From Lobosporangium transversale (taxonomy: Eukaryota), in assembly GCF_002105155.1 (NCBI RefSeq), contig NW_019029005.1, forward strand, positions 186,001-250,000: a stretch of DNA of 64,000 nt, given 5' to 3'. Shown piece after piece: positions 11,061 to 23,148 of the stretch. The notes below the pieces were generated by a model. That model saw only the letters and a list, made by a program, of their open reading frames with translations, was not told the DNA's origin and made no database searches. Positions within the stretch are counted from its first letter, which is position 1. Each line of letters begins with the position of its first letter. Position numbers and translations under genes: made by a program.

Positions 11061-13411
11061 CGTTTTTAGAGCGGTATACTTACTACGATCTTTCAATTGC
11101 AAGAAAATACCGAACAACGCGGTTGCTAGGATCCTGCTTGAACAAGGCTTACTTTGTCCATTCACGCTCTGACTCTTTTGAATTCTTTTCTGCGTTGCTT
11201 TCACATGATTGTTATATTTTTACTGTTAATAGCTTAATCCGCCCAGTGCGGGAAGTGAGGTCGACCTGAGTATGGGACAGGTTAATTTTCCTTTGTACTA
11301 ACCATGACAATCTTCAGAATATATATCATTGTGTCTTTTTTTATTTTTTTTTTTTTTTTAATTTCATGTAATACAATGTAAAATATGTAATAAAGAATAG
11401 TGAATAGCAGCTGATTAGGCGGTGGATTTTGGTGAAACAAAGTATCAACGTTTATATGTCGACCAATAAAAAGCACGCAAGCGCGCCGAGGAATACATGT
11501 CGTATTTCCTTGGCGTTCTGAAAAGGAAAGGAAAAAAAAAAGGTCTGTTCGGATAAAACTGCCGCAGTACAGTTCGCGCGATAGACTATTATATTCCTTA
11601 TTAGGGATGAAGAGAGAGAATAGAAGAAGAGGATTAAGTACCAAACTTGACTGGTAGTTCCTGATGAACCTCATTACTAAGAACCAAAAGGTACTCGCGC
11701 TTAATGCTGGTGAAAAACAGAGTATGCGAGTTTTAATATGCTTGTACTTTGGGTCTCGTCCTTTTACTCCAGCTACAGCACATTGCTCACTGTTCTTTCT
11801 TTCTTTCTTTCTTTGTTGTATACCATACAAAGAGGGCAATGTGGCTCGTGCTCTTGTTGTGGGCAGGTAGGTTGTTGTATATATGACCCTGCATATCTTT
11901 GAGGATGGAATGTTGTTCTCTTTCTCCACCTTGTAAGCATATGAAAATTGACGAATGATATCACAGGTGCACAGATTATTGATTTCAATTCCCGCTATGC
12001 CGTTTTCTTTTCTTTTTTTTCTTGCATAAAAGCAAAAATGTCGTATTTGTATTGCTATTCAGTCAATACTTTGAGATCACAAATTGGTTTCACTTACTAT
12101 TTTTCCTGAGCGATTACAAAAACCACTCAGCATTCATCCTTTCTCCTTTTCTCCAAAGCACAATCCGCCAAAGAGCCCTCGCCGTCGACAGCAAGAAAGT
12201 ATATGTCTATATAATGCATTATTTTGTATTATTCATTATATTTGACTCAATGGTTCTTTCCATACTCATTCATACAGCATTTGGAGATAAAAAAGGTTAA
12301 TTTTACCGAAGATGGACAATGTCTGCTTCTCTTATCTGCCGTGTAAATGTTTTGACCAACCAGAAAATAGAGTTTTCATGTGAACATCTGACCGAAGGCG
12401 TCATGGCGGAAAAATAAATAATTTTGTGGCATACCCTCTGAACGCGTTATCTCTTTACATTTTAAATATTTATTTTTTACTCACTCATTCGCTTACCATT
12501 ATACTTCACAATGGCTTTCTTTATTGCTGACATATGATGGATATTAGTATTATTATTTAATACCTTTGGCAGTGGGACACCAAGTTTCCTTTGCGTTGCT
12601 GTAAAACGTCATATCGACGACACAAAAAGAAAAACAATTTTCATAAATGCCCTTCGTCTCCGCCAGCTTTTCTTTTCTTTCTTCTCCTCTCCTCTCTTCA
12701 CCCACATCCTCTCCACCTGCCCTTCACATGCCTTGCAAAGGCCACACAGAGGCCATAAAAAATGCTCTATCCCAGCCGTGAAATACAACTCACTATAGAG
12801 CCGTCATCAAGTAAGTATCTAACATATGCATGGCTTCGTTTTGTCTTGCCTATCGTCACCCACTGTTTAGCTATTGCTAAATGAACCCAGCAGGTCCATT
12901 AACTTATTCCTTTTCTTTTACCTTTGTCCTTCTGATCATCCAAGGAACACTACCTATGGATGCTCAGCGGCGACCATCCCAAAGACTGCAATAAGCTCAT
13001 GCAGTGCTTACCGAAATAGGGCCCAAACGGATTTGTAAGTACTCTTTCTTATTGAGTAAATATATTACACTTTTTTTTCTCTTTTGGTGCTATGCTGTTC
13101 TTTGTAATGAGATATGGTCTCCTGTACTCTGGTTACCAAATATTCTAACCACGTTTTTTTTTTTTTTTTTTTTTTTTTTTTTCGACTCTTTTCCTTAGAG
13201 GCCTATCCAATTCGATAAGGGGCTCCGCTCCGTCCTACCATCGGAGCCCGGGGGCCACCCGCCGGCCCTCTCCTGCTTCCTCCGAACCTCGTCGGGCCCT
13301 CACGACCTCTTGAGGAAGGACAATTGTGGTGGTGCTAGAGAACTTCTAGTCTCTGAGCCTCACTTTGATCCGAGTGCCTCTGGGGATTTCGTGTAGGACA
13401 GGATGACACAC

Positions 13412-13718
13412 AGTTGCGGTAGCCTAAGAATGGTAAGTCAGTATCAATGAATTATTCACTGGACCCTGTAGAGCTCGAGCCTCGGCCGTCAAGGAGATTC
13501 CCCCTCCAGCAGGATCAGGATCAGGATCAGGATCAGGTGTTATCGAGGCCTGGTAACACCTAAGGTAGGTGAAAAGGAAGACACAAAGAGCATATTAATT
13601 CTATTTTACCTTTGCTTTCGTTCTCTCTGATTAGATAGAATCTTTGGCAACTCGGTGCTCTATAGGGTTTTGTGGATAGTTCATTGCTACTGACTTATCA
13701 TCCTTAGGTTATCCAATT
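13412..13718 (+). ncRNA. Candidate long hairpin RNA (pre-milRNA/siRNA precursor-like)
   Basis: Arm 13412-13500 pairs with arm 13638-13718. By hand count about 10 G-U pairs versus 1 A-C when folded on the + strand. No ORF covers it. Confidence 0.5.
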
Positions 13719-13976
13719 AGCGATGCTGCGCCAGGGACGCCTGGTCGCAGTGGGTGCATGGCGTAGAGGCGTCATGTTGTGTGACCCCTGTTTCCTGCCG
13801 TCTGAACCAAAGGTGCTCTGGTCAAAGTGAGGCTCCATTGATTAGTCGTTCGATAGACCACTGCAATGGGACTTTCGCTTGAAGGAGCGAGGCCTACGAT
13901 CCATGGAGGAAAGCAGAAGGCCTGGGAAAGAGCATCGGCCCAAGGTAGAGCGCCTAGGGAGATAGTCTCAGAGCTA

Positions 13977-14640
13977 ACAACCAACAACCAACAGCCAACA
14001 GCCAACAGCCAACGGCCAATATAAAAAAAACTTCAAAAAAAACTTGAAAAAAAAAAAAAAAAAAAAAAAAAAACTTCAAAAAAACTTCAAAAAAACTTCA
14101 AAAAAAAAAAAAAAGAAAGACCTGAAGCCAGAAGTCAAAAACCAAAAGCTAAGAGTCAGAAACCAGAAGACAAAAGCCAGAAACCAAAAGCCAGAAACCA
14201 GAAGCCAGAAACCAGAAGCCAGAAACCAGAAGCCAGAAACCAGAAGCCAGAAACCAGAAGCCAGAAACCAGGAGCCAGAAGCCAGAAGCCAGAAACCAGA
14301 AGCCAGAAGCCAGAAACCAAAAGCCAGAAACCAGAAGACAAAAGCCAGAAGTCAGAAGCCAAAAGCCAGAAGCCAGAAACCAGAAGCCAGGAGTCAAAAA
14401 CCAGAAGCCAAAATCCAGAAGCCAAAATCCAGAAAGCAGAAGCCAAAATCCAGAAAGCAGAAGCCAAAATCCAGAAAGCAGAAGCCAAAATCCAGAAGCC
14501 AGGAGCCAGAAAGCAGAAGACAAAAGCCAGAAGCCAGGAGCCAGAAAGCAGAAGCCAAAAGCCAGAAGCCAGAAGCCAGAAGCCAAAAGTCAGAAGCTAG
14601 AAATCAGAAGCCAAAAGTCAGAAGCCAGAAAGCAAGTAGC
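13977..14640. repeat. Compound satellite: (CCAACAG)n, (A)nCTTC, then ~500 bp of CCAGAAG/CCAGAAA heptamers
   Basis: Directly visible 7-bp periodicity with 21-bp higher-order variants. The + strand is almost T-free. Confidence 0.95.
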
Positions 14641-16560
14641 AGATAGCAGTTAACTGCAAAAAAAAAAAAAAAAAAAAAAAGAGTCCAGACAATCAAAACC
14701 AGCCAACCAAGGGCAGCCTACCCAAAGCCAGGCCACTAGGCCCAGTCAACCAAGGTTACCAAGCCAAGGCGCCATCAAAGAACATACAAAAAGCATCGTC
14801 AAATGAATCCAAGCAGACTAGGAAATATCCAGTCAAGCACATTTACCAAGGGCATCACCACTCTTGGCCTAAGACACAGCTTGAAAACCACAACATAGTA
14901 AACAACTAACAATAAATATTAAAAGACAAGATCAGATACAGCGATCTTTGTCTTTTGTCTGAAATTTTGGTGGATCTGTGATTATTATGAATGCAAATGT
15001 CCTCAAATAGAAATAGAAAATTAGTAGCGATAATAATGGTTGATTTAGGCTATGGATGATACCATTGTCATATACTATCAGTTCACTCACGCCTTTTCCT
15101 CTTATGCTTGGCAAGGCGGCGGCATTTAAGCTTGGATTTCTTTTGCCACCATCCATATATCGGTTTCTCTTTACAAAAGCAAGGCACATGGTATACTCAT
15201 TGCTCAGTCGACTCTTTTCTATCACATAATGGCTTTACTCATTCTCGTGCTCTTGATCGCTTTCAAGAACCACTCATCGCTTTATCCTCCCTTCGTAAGT
15301 GCTTTTAAAGACGAATGTATAAAGGGCCAATCTCAACTTTTTTCTGTTCTCTTCTTTTTTCTCTATGACCAAGATGACAGGTAAGCAACACTCTCCAAAC
15401 ATCCACTCCTACTGAGGCGCTCAGCCCTTTCACTATATGCTGTATAGCCCTTATTCTGGCTTTATATTTTCCTTTCTGCCTCTATCTTTCCTTGTCACTC
15501 TTAGGCCATAAACGATACGAATCCCCTACCCCCAAACCAGCCGGAGTGCAGTGGCTCTGGCCAACTCCATGGGCAACTGATGCTCCTATAAACAAACGGT
15601 ATCGACTCACCCAGCTATGTTCTCCTTGCTGAAACGGCCAGGACATCTCGTCCAACCAGCCAGGCAGGCTTGATCAGCCAACTAGGCTGTCACTCCGTCA
15701 CTCAGCCGGCTGGCTCCTCATCCAAACAGCTAGACCAGATCGCCCCAGCAGCTAGACCGCCTCCTTGAGCAACCCAAAGACATGGTGAGCAGGCCCTCTC
15801 TTCATGGTGCGCTCTGGACTGCGCCGATACTTGAAGACTGACGTCTCGCACCTGGAGAATGAAACCAAAGATCCACAGTGAGCCTAGACAAACACGTCAT
15901 AAGAAAAAAAATCATAAAAAAACAACACAAACTGAACTAACACAAAACAATCTTTATTATAGCAGTGGTATATACAACGCGAACAAACTCTAAGCAACAC
16001 ATATCCAAGGTCCAAACGGGACACCTGAGCTGATTCTTCAACGGACCATGCGGTGGTGGAGTCCTTCGATTGGGTAGACGGGTGGGGGATAAGAGGGTGG
16101 GCAAATAGGTGTGTGTGGGTGTGTGTGGGTGTGTGCGGGCGTTTGCGAGGCCATGGGGCCTGACCTGACGGAGCATGATGTGGGCCAGGCCGGTGTGTTC
16201 TAGACAATGGCTTGGGAGGATGTTTTTGATGAAAATAAAGAAGAAATACCTCTCAAGCTGGCCAAGAGTCTGGCCGCCTGTAGCTTAGGGTGCAATCAGG
16301 TAAGTTAGATAGCTAGATAGCATATAACTACTTAATAAAGAAGTAAAAGACTTGCTTATCAGATAGGTAGAAAGGCCATGGTAATCGACAAATTCTATTT
16401 GCAAAGCCACATTATCGTTGGTGCAGAGAATGGCATGACGTCGTTTAGTGAAAAAAGGGAAACATTTCATTTGTACAAGAATGAAGGACAGTGCATTCGA
16501 TTCCAAATCACTCGATCGCTTCTCTTCTTTTACCGTCTCATCTGGAGGAACTTGTCCGAA

Positions 16561-19500
16561 ATGCATCAAAGCTCGTCACTACGTGGTGGACAGAGAGGAC
16601 ATCAACGATCAGGGAGAGTCAAAATCAGAACCAAAACCAAGGTCAGAACGTTGCTGCGCCGCCGTTCAAGTTACTCACTCGTGTGACACCCCAGGATGTC
16701 GACACTACGAATGGACCTCGTACAGGAGGGATGATAACCATTGGCAGTCCCAAAGTCCCAGCTTACAACAATACCCTTATGGCCATGGTCAACCCTATCA
16801 ATTCAATACCTATCCAACTCCGCAGCAGCAGCAACAGCAACAACAATCACAGCAACCTCCCACAAGAGGAAGGGAGCAACTAGAATGCACCAGCAACCAT
16901 CTCTGAATCAATCATATATGACTCCACCACCAGGTATTGGTGGGATTAATATGGGTATGAACAACATGAGCACTATCAATACACCACCATTAATATCAAC
17001 ATGTCGTAGTGGAGGAGTCTCCGTATCAAGCAATGGAACCCAAGGAAGAAGGGAACGATCAGGATCCATCATAGGCGGCCAGCAAAATAATGCTGATCTC
17101 CCTTCATCATCTTCACAACACGTACACCATACACCTCAACAAAACATCAATCAGCAACATCTTGCGGATACTGGCATGGACAGTCACAACAATCGAATCA
17201 GACATTGTAAAGGAGCATAAGCCAAGAAGAGAGCGCCGAGAACGAAGTAGGCGGGATCGAACATCACGCCAATCACAACAACAGCAACAAAATGATTTAA
17301 ATAAAGATGAAATGAGCAACACTAACAATAACAGTAATGACGGATCCATGAAACAACAGCAACAAACAACTCACCGAGTGATAGTCGATCCTAATAGCTT
17401 TCAGCGCCAAATTCTACAGCCTAATCCCAATAGTAGCGGCGGTAATGATCGGAAAGTGGCGATGGCAGGAGGAGCAAGCACTCGTAGTGTAGGCGAACTA
17501 TACGATGATGATTCGCGGGATTAGATCCTGGGAAGTTAATTAATCGGAGACAAGCCCCTGCAGTAGAACGGTTTATTCTTGGCAGGGCACTAGCGCTAGT
17601 ACAAAGCTCAAACCAACAGCAGCAATCACAACAACAACCACAACAGCAGCAGCAACAGCAACCACAGCAACAGCAACAGCAACCACAGCAGCAGCAACAC
17701 CAATCGCTACGTGGACCGACAGGACCATATTCTCAGCCCGGTTTTAGAGATCCACGATCTATAGGCGGAATTCATTCTGCGCCTGGTGAGCTGGAGTTGG
17801 TACCATGTCCACTGGAGGCGCTCGACCAATGCAAAATCTGCCTATTGCCGCAATTCCTCCTGCTATGGGGCCCCATTCCGTCAAGTTAATGAATGAGAAC
17901 GGTAAATTCTTGGAGTCTGCTGAACAGGTATATACTTGGATAGGCTCAGGGAATGCTTTCCATATCGAAATATAGCCCTTGAATGCTTAAAAACTGATTT
18001 TTGTTTGTGCATTTAATATGGTATCAATAGTGGTTGTCAGACCATCCTGGACATTTCATCGTTGGAATTTTGGGGACACAAGGTGCTGGGAAGTCATCAC
18101 TCCTCTCCTCATTCTGTCCGGCACCCTTTGCCTCCTCAGCATTTATAAAACAATCATTGTCGATGGCTAGCGTCGCAGGATTCAAACATCAGGTATCGAT
18201 ATGTACATCACACCTGAGCGGATGATCCTCTTGGATACGGAACCAATCTTCTGTTTATCAAATTTGGAAAACGCTTTGAGAAACGAACGAATCACAGAGG
18301 GGATCTCTCTGGATACCTGGCTGGAGAATCAAGCTCTCATTTTAGCAACGTTTTTGATCTCGTGTGCAATGTTGTTTTAGTTGTCGCGGACGAGCGGTCA
18401 GCGGGTGGTGGTAATGGAGGCAACAGTAGCAGCAGGATCTTGAAATTACTACAAAGGGTTGAAGTGTTTTATGAGAAGCTCTCTCAGCGGCCTCATCCAA
18501 TTCTAACCAGAACATCCAGGACAAGGGATAAACACTGGTCTAGTTGGGCCAACAACAACAGCAACAGCCTAATATAGGGCAAAGAAGTCACAACGTGAAG
18601 GACTAGGTGATTGGTGCGCTGATATTGGTAAATGTTTATAGAGATATATTTTTGCTTTTTAATTAATTCTTGCAGCAACATACTTTGCCTAACCCTAGGA
18701 TCCAATCCTTAACTTTGCTATTTATTTTCAATTCGTAGTCTTGATCTCAAACAAAGTACCAGTAATGCAGTTTGGAGTCGAATACTATCGCAAATATGCA
18801 ATGGAACAAACGCTTTTCTTCCAACATTCTGCACTACATCTCTTTGGATCCATCAACATGGCATCCATTTACCCTCGATTTGAGCACACCTTCAAAACGA
18901 GCAACACTTCTATCGCTATTAACAATGCATCTACCACTGCATCCACTACAGCTGCTGCTTCACAGAAGAAAAATATACTTTCAACTCCATCCTCTGTATC
19001 AACAGGAGCAGGGGGAACAGGGATAGGGATAGAATCTTCCGCCTCTGATGCAGAGGCTGCATCAATACTGGATAAGGATAGTAAGGAGCAATCCAAAGTA
19101 CTAGTAGTATCGCTGTCTAGAAAAGAGCGCCAAGGTCCAATGGAGACTTCGACTTACCAAGAAAGAAAAGCCCCTTCATACCTGAACTTTGTCATGCTGC
19201 CTTTCGACTCGACTCTCATATCTGGGGCGCCTTCTACAATCTCTTCAACAACCTTAAGCAATAAAGGCGGCTCAGTAAAATCAAATACAGCACCAACATC
19301 AATATCAGCATCACACTCTTCGAAAAATAGTCATGACAATAGCAATAGTTCGCCAGCATCATCCTTGATGGCATCGATAATGTCAAATCTGTCTATTTCC
19401 TTCAATCGCCCCGATATTTTGAGTGCTTCTTTCATGGACCCCTCTCAGGATGTCTTTGGAATCATTATTCACGATCAGGAAAGATGGAAAGTCTGGAGCA

Positions 19501-19786
19501 AAGGTCTGAGGAACAAGATTTTATCGCTCTCCATGCGTCCCCATGGCGGACCTGCGCTCGGACCGAGGAACCGGCCTGGCATTGTTTCTGAGCGTGAATG
19601 GTAACGTTACAAGGCTTTATTTTTTTTTAAAAAAAAAAAAAAAAAAAAATCATGTGTTCAGCATTTTAATCCTTTTATTTTATTATTTTAAGGCTCCGAT
19701 ACGCGTCATGGACATGGGATACAATACGAAAAGCTGATTTCTTATCAGAATATGCCCGTGCTGTCAAACTATCGCGGGAAGGATAG
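16561..19786 (+). CDS. SMG9: Nonsense-mediated decay factor SMG9 (Q/N-rich N-terminus plus P-loop NTPase domain)
   Basis: IVGILGTQGAGKSSLLS, GIDMYITPERMILLDTEPIF, and C-terminal SEREW|LRYASWTWDTIRKADFLSEYARAVK* match SMG9 signature segments. Introns and several indels present; start codon uncertain. Confidence 0.85.
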
Positions 19787-19947
19787 CGTCGAATTTCGAC
19801 GCGTATCAAGAGCCTGTCAATAAATAAAAAAAATCAATTATATCAATGCTTTGCCTTGTGATCGCAACTCTTTCTAACATTCCACCACGTAAATTATTTA
19901 TAAATGGGTGCTATATATGCTTAGATTTAATGAGGGGCTGCTGTTTC

Positions 19948-22900
19948 TTAAGACACTCCACTTTCACTTCCATGGATTGACGGTGGTAAAGCCGCGGTTC
20001 CTTCATTCGGGTTTAAGACGATAGTTCCATCATCACCGAGATGGTGTGGATGGTTTGGTGACATATATTCATAGTATACAATGGTCAATATTCGTTATCC
20101 AAGGATCCTGCACGACATCCCCTATTAGCACACGCCTGCTAGGATCTATCTCCAGGATTCGGGACATGATCGGACGACTCTCACGAGGCATCAGCTTTAA
20201 AAGGCGTAGCTTCCCAGTTCCATCAGGATTTGCAAATGCCAGGAACGACTGGTCCTGCTCTGCTCTCGGAACCCTCCATGGGAAACGACGCAATGTCATA
20301 CATAAAAAATAATGCCCATTGACCAGACATCGGCTAAGCGAGGGTCGTGTTGATCTGTCACAAATACTTCAGGAGCAATGTATGGGTCCGATCCAGAAAT
20401 TCCTAATAAGATCATTTTACACACGAAAAAATAAAAAAATAAAAAATAAAAAAATAAAAAAAAAATAAGAAAAGAAAGAAAAGCAAATAAAAGAAAGTCA
20501 GTAGCTTTGAAAGATGAAAGAAAATGCGCGTCGCAAGCAAAGTCACTCATACACTGAGATAGGAATTTTTTTACCTTTTGCCATTTCAATCTTCTTCTCA
20601 AACGGAGGCTGAAAGACCATGGAGCAGCCAAAGTCAATAATCTTGACAATCCCACGCTCATTCATTACGCAGTTATCGAGCTTCAAATCCCGATGAGCAA
20701 CGCCCATACTATGAAGATAGGCGACCCCATCGACAATGCCCTTGAAACAGCAAGCAACCTCTTCTCGAGTCATCAGACCTGACATCACAGCCGAGAACAG
20801 CTCATACCTTGCATACTCCATAACCTCATAATAGTTGCCTCCTTCCTTTACGATATCCAGTGTTTCAATGATGTTTGGGTGATGAAATGTGGATCCTAAA
20901 CAATATTCAGATGTAACCTTCTTCACATAGGACCGCTCAGACTCGCTTGGTCGACGCTTCCTGAACTGCTTGATGGCAAAGGTCTTGTGATCAGATGATC
21001 TCGAGAGGATACGTACCGTTCCGCCCAGCGCCACGCCAAGGACTTTACCAAGCTTTCCATACTTTTTCCGGAGGTCCGATTCGATAGCATTACCATGTGG
21101 TCCCACTAGTAGAGCGTGAAGTTTCTGATCCGTGTACGCTCCCTGCGCCATTTGTACCGTAGCGCATGGCGCCGATGCTCCCAAAAAGTCCTGACTTGCG
21201 CGTTTTTGGCGTTTGTGGTACGTTCGAGCGGTTGCTCCTGTGGGCTTGCCTGAGCAACGACTGGGGAGACCTGCGGTGAGTGACCAACATTGAAAAACCG
21301 CTTGAGATCATGAAATATACCATGAGAGGTCTCTCTGGCCGACTTTCTATGGATCGTTTTGGAAGGATCAGCTTCTTTGTCTTTCTTTTTGATGCTGCTG
21401 GGTTGAGGTTGTCTTGGCAACATATCAGTCCTTGAAGTAGATTCATTAGCCATGACATGCTCTTCAGCTACAGACGATTGTGCTGCGGATGGACCTGGCG
21501 TTGACGGCGCTGCTACTGAAAGTCGCCTAGCCTCAGATACCCCTGGGGTTGATGAATTAATACCAACAAGAGAATCTGTAGCTGCTGCCGTCCTAGGTCG
21601 TCAGTAATCTCCTGGATATTAGAGTCTTCTGGGCAACTGGATGAAGAGATCATTAGTTGGTTGCTGAAGAGTGAAGTTGGAATTAAATTAGGCTGCCTGC
21701 GATGAGGCCAGTCTATCTCGTGGCTGTGGCTAAATCTTCATCTTCGGAAGGATCCGCGGTTTGCAGCAAAACAGATATGAGACAAGAAATTCGGTTGCAT
21801 TGGAATCAGTTCTTGAAAACAGGGTCCATGTAAACGTCTTGATGTATTTAAATTGTTAATATAGGACCTGTTGAGGCTCCATTGCGCCAGTATTAGCATC
21901 TTGGCAATGTTCCGTTGCAGCAGCGTTAGTGTCGCCATTCTGCTCCGATCCCCCACCCCCTGCCACTACCTCTGATTCACGCCTTGCGGTAGCCAGCCTA
22001 TTTGCAGCATCCTCAAGAACCTCCTCGAATCATTTAGGAGTCAATCTGAAATTACAGCCTTTGACCTTTTCTAGTGCCCATAGTCTGAGCCCTAAACTTC
22101 CCATACCTTCCAAGTCCTCATTCTCACTAGTTTGCGGTAGGGAGCTCGGCTTCTTGTTTGTAGTCTTTCCTAATGACATTAGATTGATGTATCCGAACCT
22201 TGACCGACTGGAAGCAAGCTCGAAGGCTCATCTGTTTGATTGAGGTTAACATCTTTGCCTCTATATTCTCATTGCCAGGGACGGAAGAGTTGAGGGCAAG
22301 GGGTGAAATGGGCAGTGTACGTTTTTGATGGATAGGCATGTGTGGCAGAAGATGGAGTCAAATCCTGAACGGAATGTGATGTTGTCAACTCTTGCGACTT
22401 GGGACAATATTGTTCAGTCATCTGCCCAGAAGGCACAGAACAGGGTCTTCAATTTTCTGAATGCATCGACCGGAGCAGGCGAAGCAGGGATAGCGCTAAC
22501 ATCTTGATGTTCGGAGCCGTTTGTAGCGATACATTCATTTGGAGGTGGCGGAGATAGTGTCGAAGCAGGCGAACCAATGTGAGAGGTGAAGAATATTAGG
22601 GTACAATGTTGTAGCAATGTTAGGAATAGGCGATGGAGGCTCGAGGTCCGATGATGGCGATAGTTGCTCAGCGTCATGAAGCCTATTCTGGTCTGATTCT
22701 GGTTTTAGTTGTTGACATTGATCTGAGGGTGTTGACTCAAATAGCGTCCAATGTTGACAACTTCTGGAGAGTTAAATTCTGGCGTATAGTGGTGAAGGCC
22801 TGCTGAGTCCAATTCAGACAAGGCCTCTGCTTTCTTTTGCATCAGGAACCGCTGTGGTATCAGAGTGAGTAGGCGAGCTCAAGCGGTTGGCATAAGCCGG

Positions 22901-23148
22901 TAAAGCTGAAGAAAGTGATCCTAGCTTCCGCATTTCCTCTGCTGAGTCTTTTTAGCGTCTGTCATCTAATGTATAGATATGTAAGGATTAAGGATACAGG
23001 TGCTGTCAGTTGTGATGATATAGAAGAACGAAGAGAAGTAAGGGAAGCAATAAACAGGCTGCAGTCGTACATAGCTCGTAAGCTCATAAAAAACTTCCGA
23101 CTGTTGTATGGGGGAAAGGAAGCCGATATGGGGACGAATCAGAACCAT
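19948..23148 (-). CDS. Ser/Thr protein kinase, fungal Hal/Npr (Sat4/Hrk1/Ptk-like) family, with long Ser-rich N-terminus
   Basis: [24 protein letters not shown]...[57 protein letters not shown]. The 5' end is uncertain because of frameshifts. Confidence 0.9.

Larger units (their letters stand above)
10273..11204 (-). pseudogene. Second PD-(D/E)xK REase-like gene (fragment or pseudogene)
   Basis: Exon ~10740-10273 reads NEREGCSYFTWNFISGALDL...SRADGIAVNGEGHQIYLAEAA...SDEHKVKRCM. An upstream exon ends at a GTAAGT donor near 11083. No intact N-terminus seen. Confidence 0.55.

Noticed and set aside
10875..11172. KKRCRC / HLFLHL repeat ORFs (metallothionein- or protamine-like look)
   Set aside because: Translation of an intronic minisatellite.
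9663..12440. CAGAGGGT...ACCCTCTG as possible transposon TIRs
   Set aside because: Only 8 bp match and no TSD; compatible with chance.
14044..14646. 200-aa K/Q/E/R ORF and antisense SGFWLL ORFs
   Set aside because: Products of a T-poor heptamer satellite that lacks stop codons; no evidence of coding.
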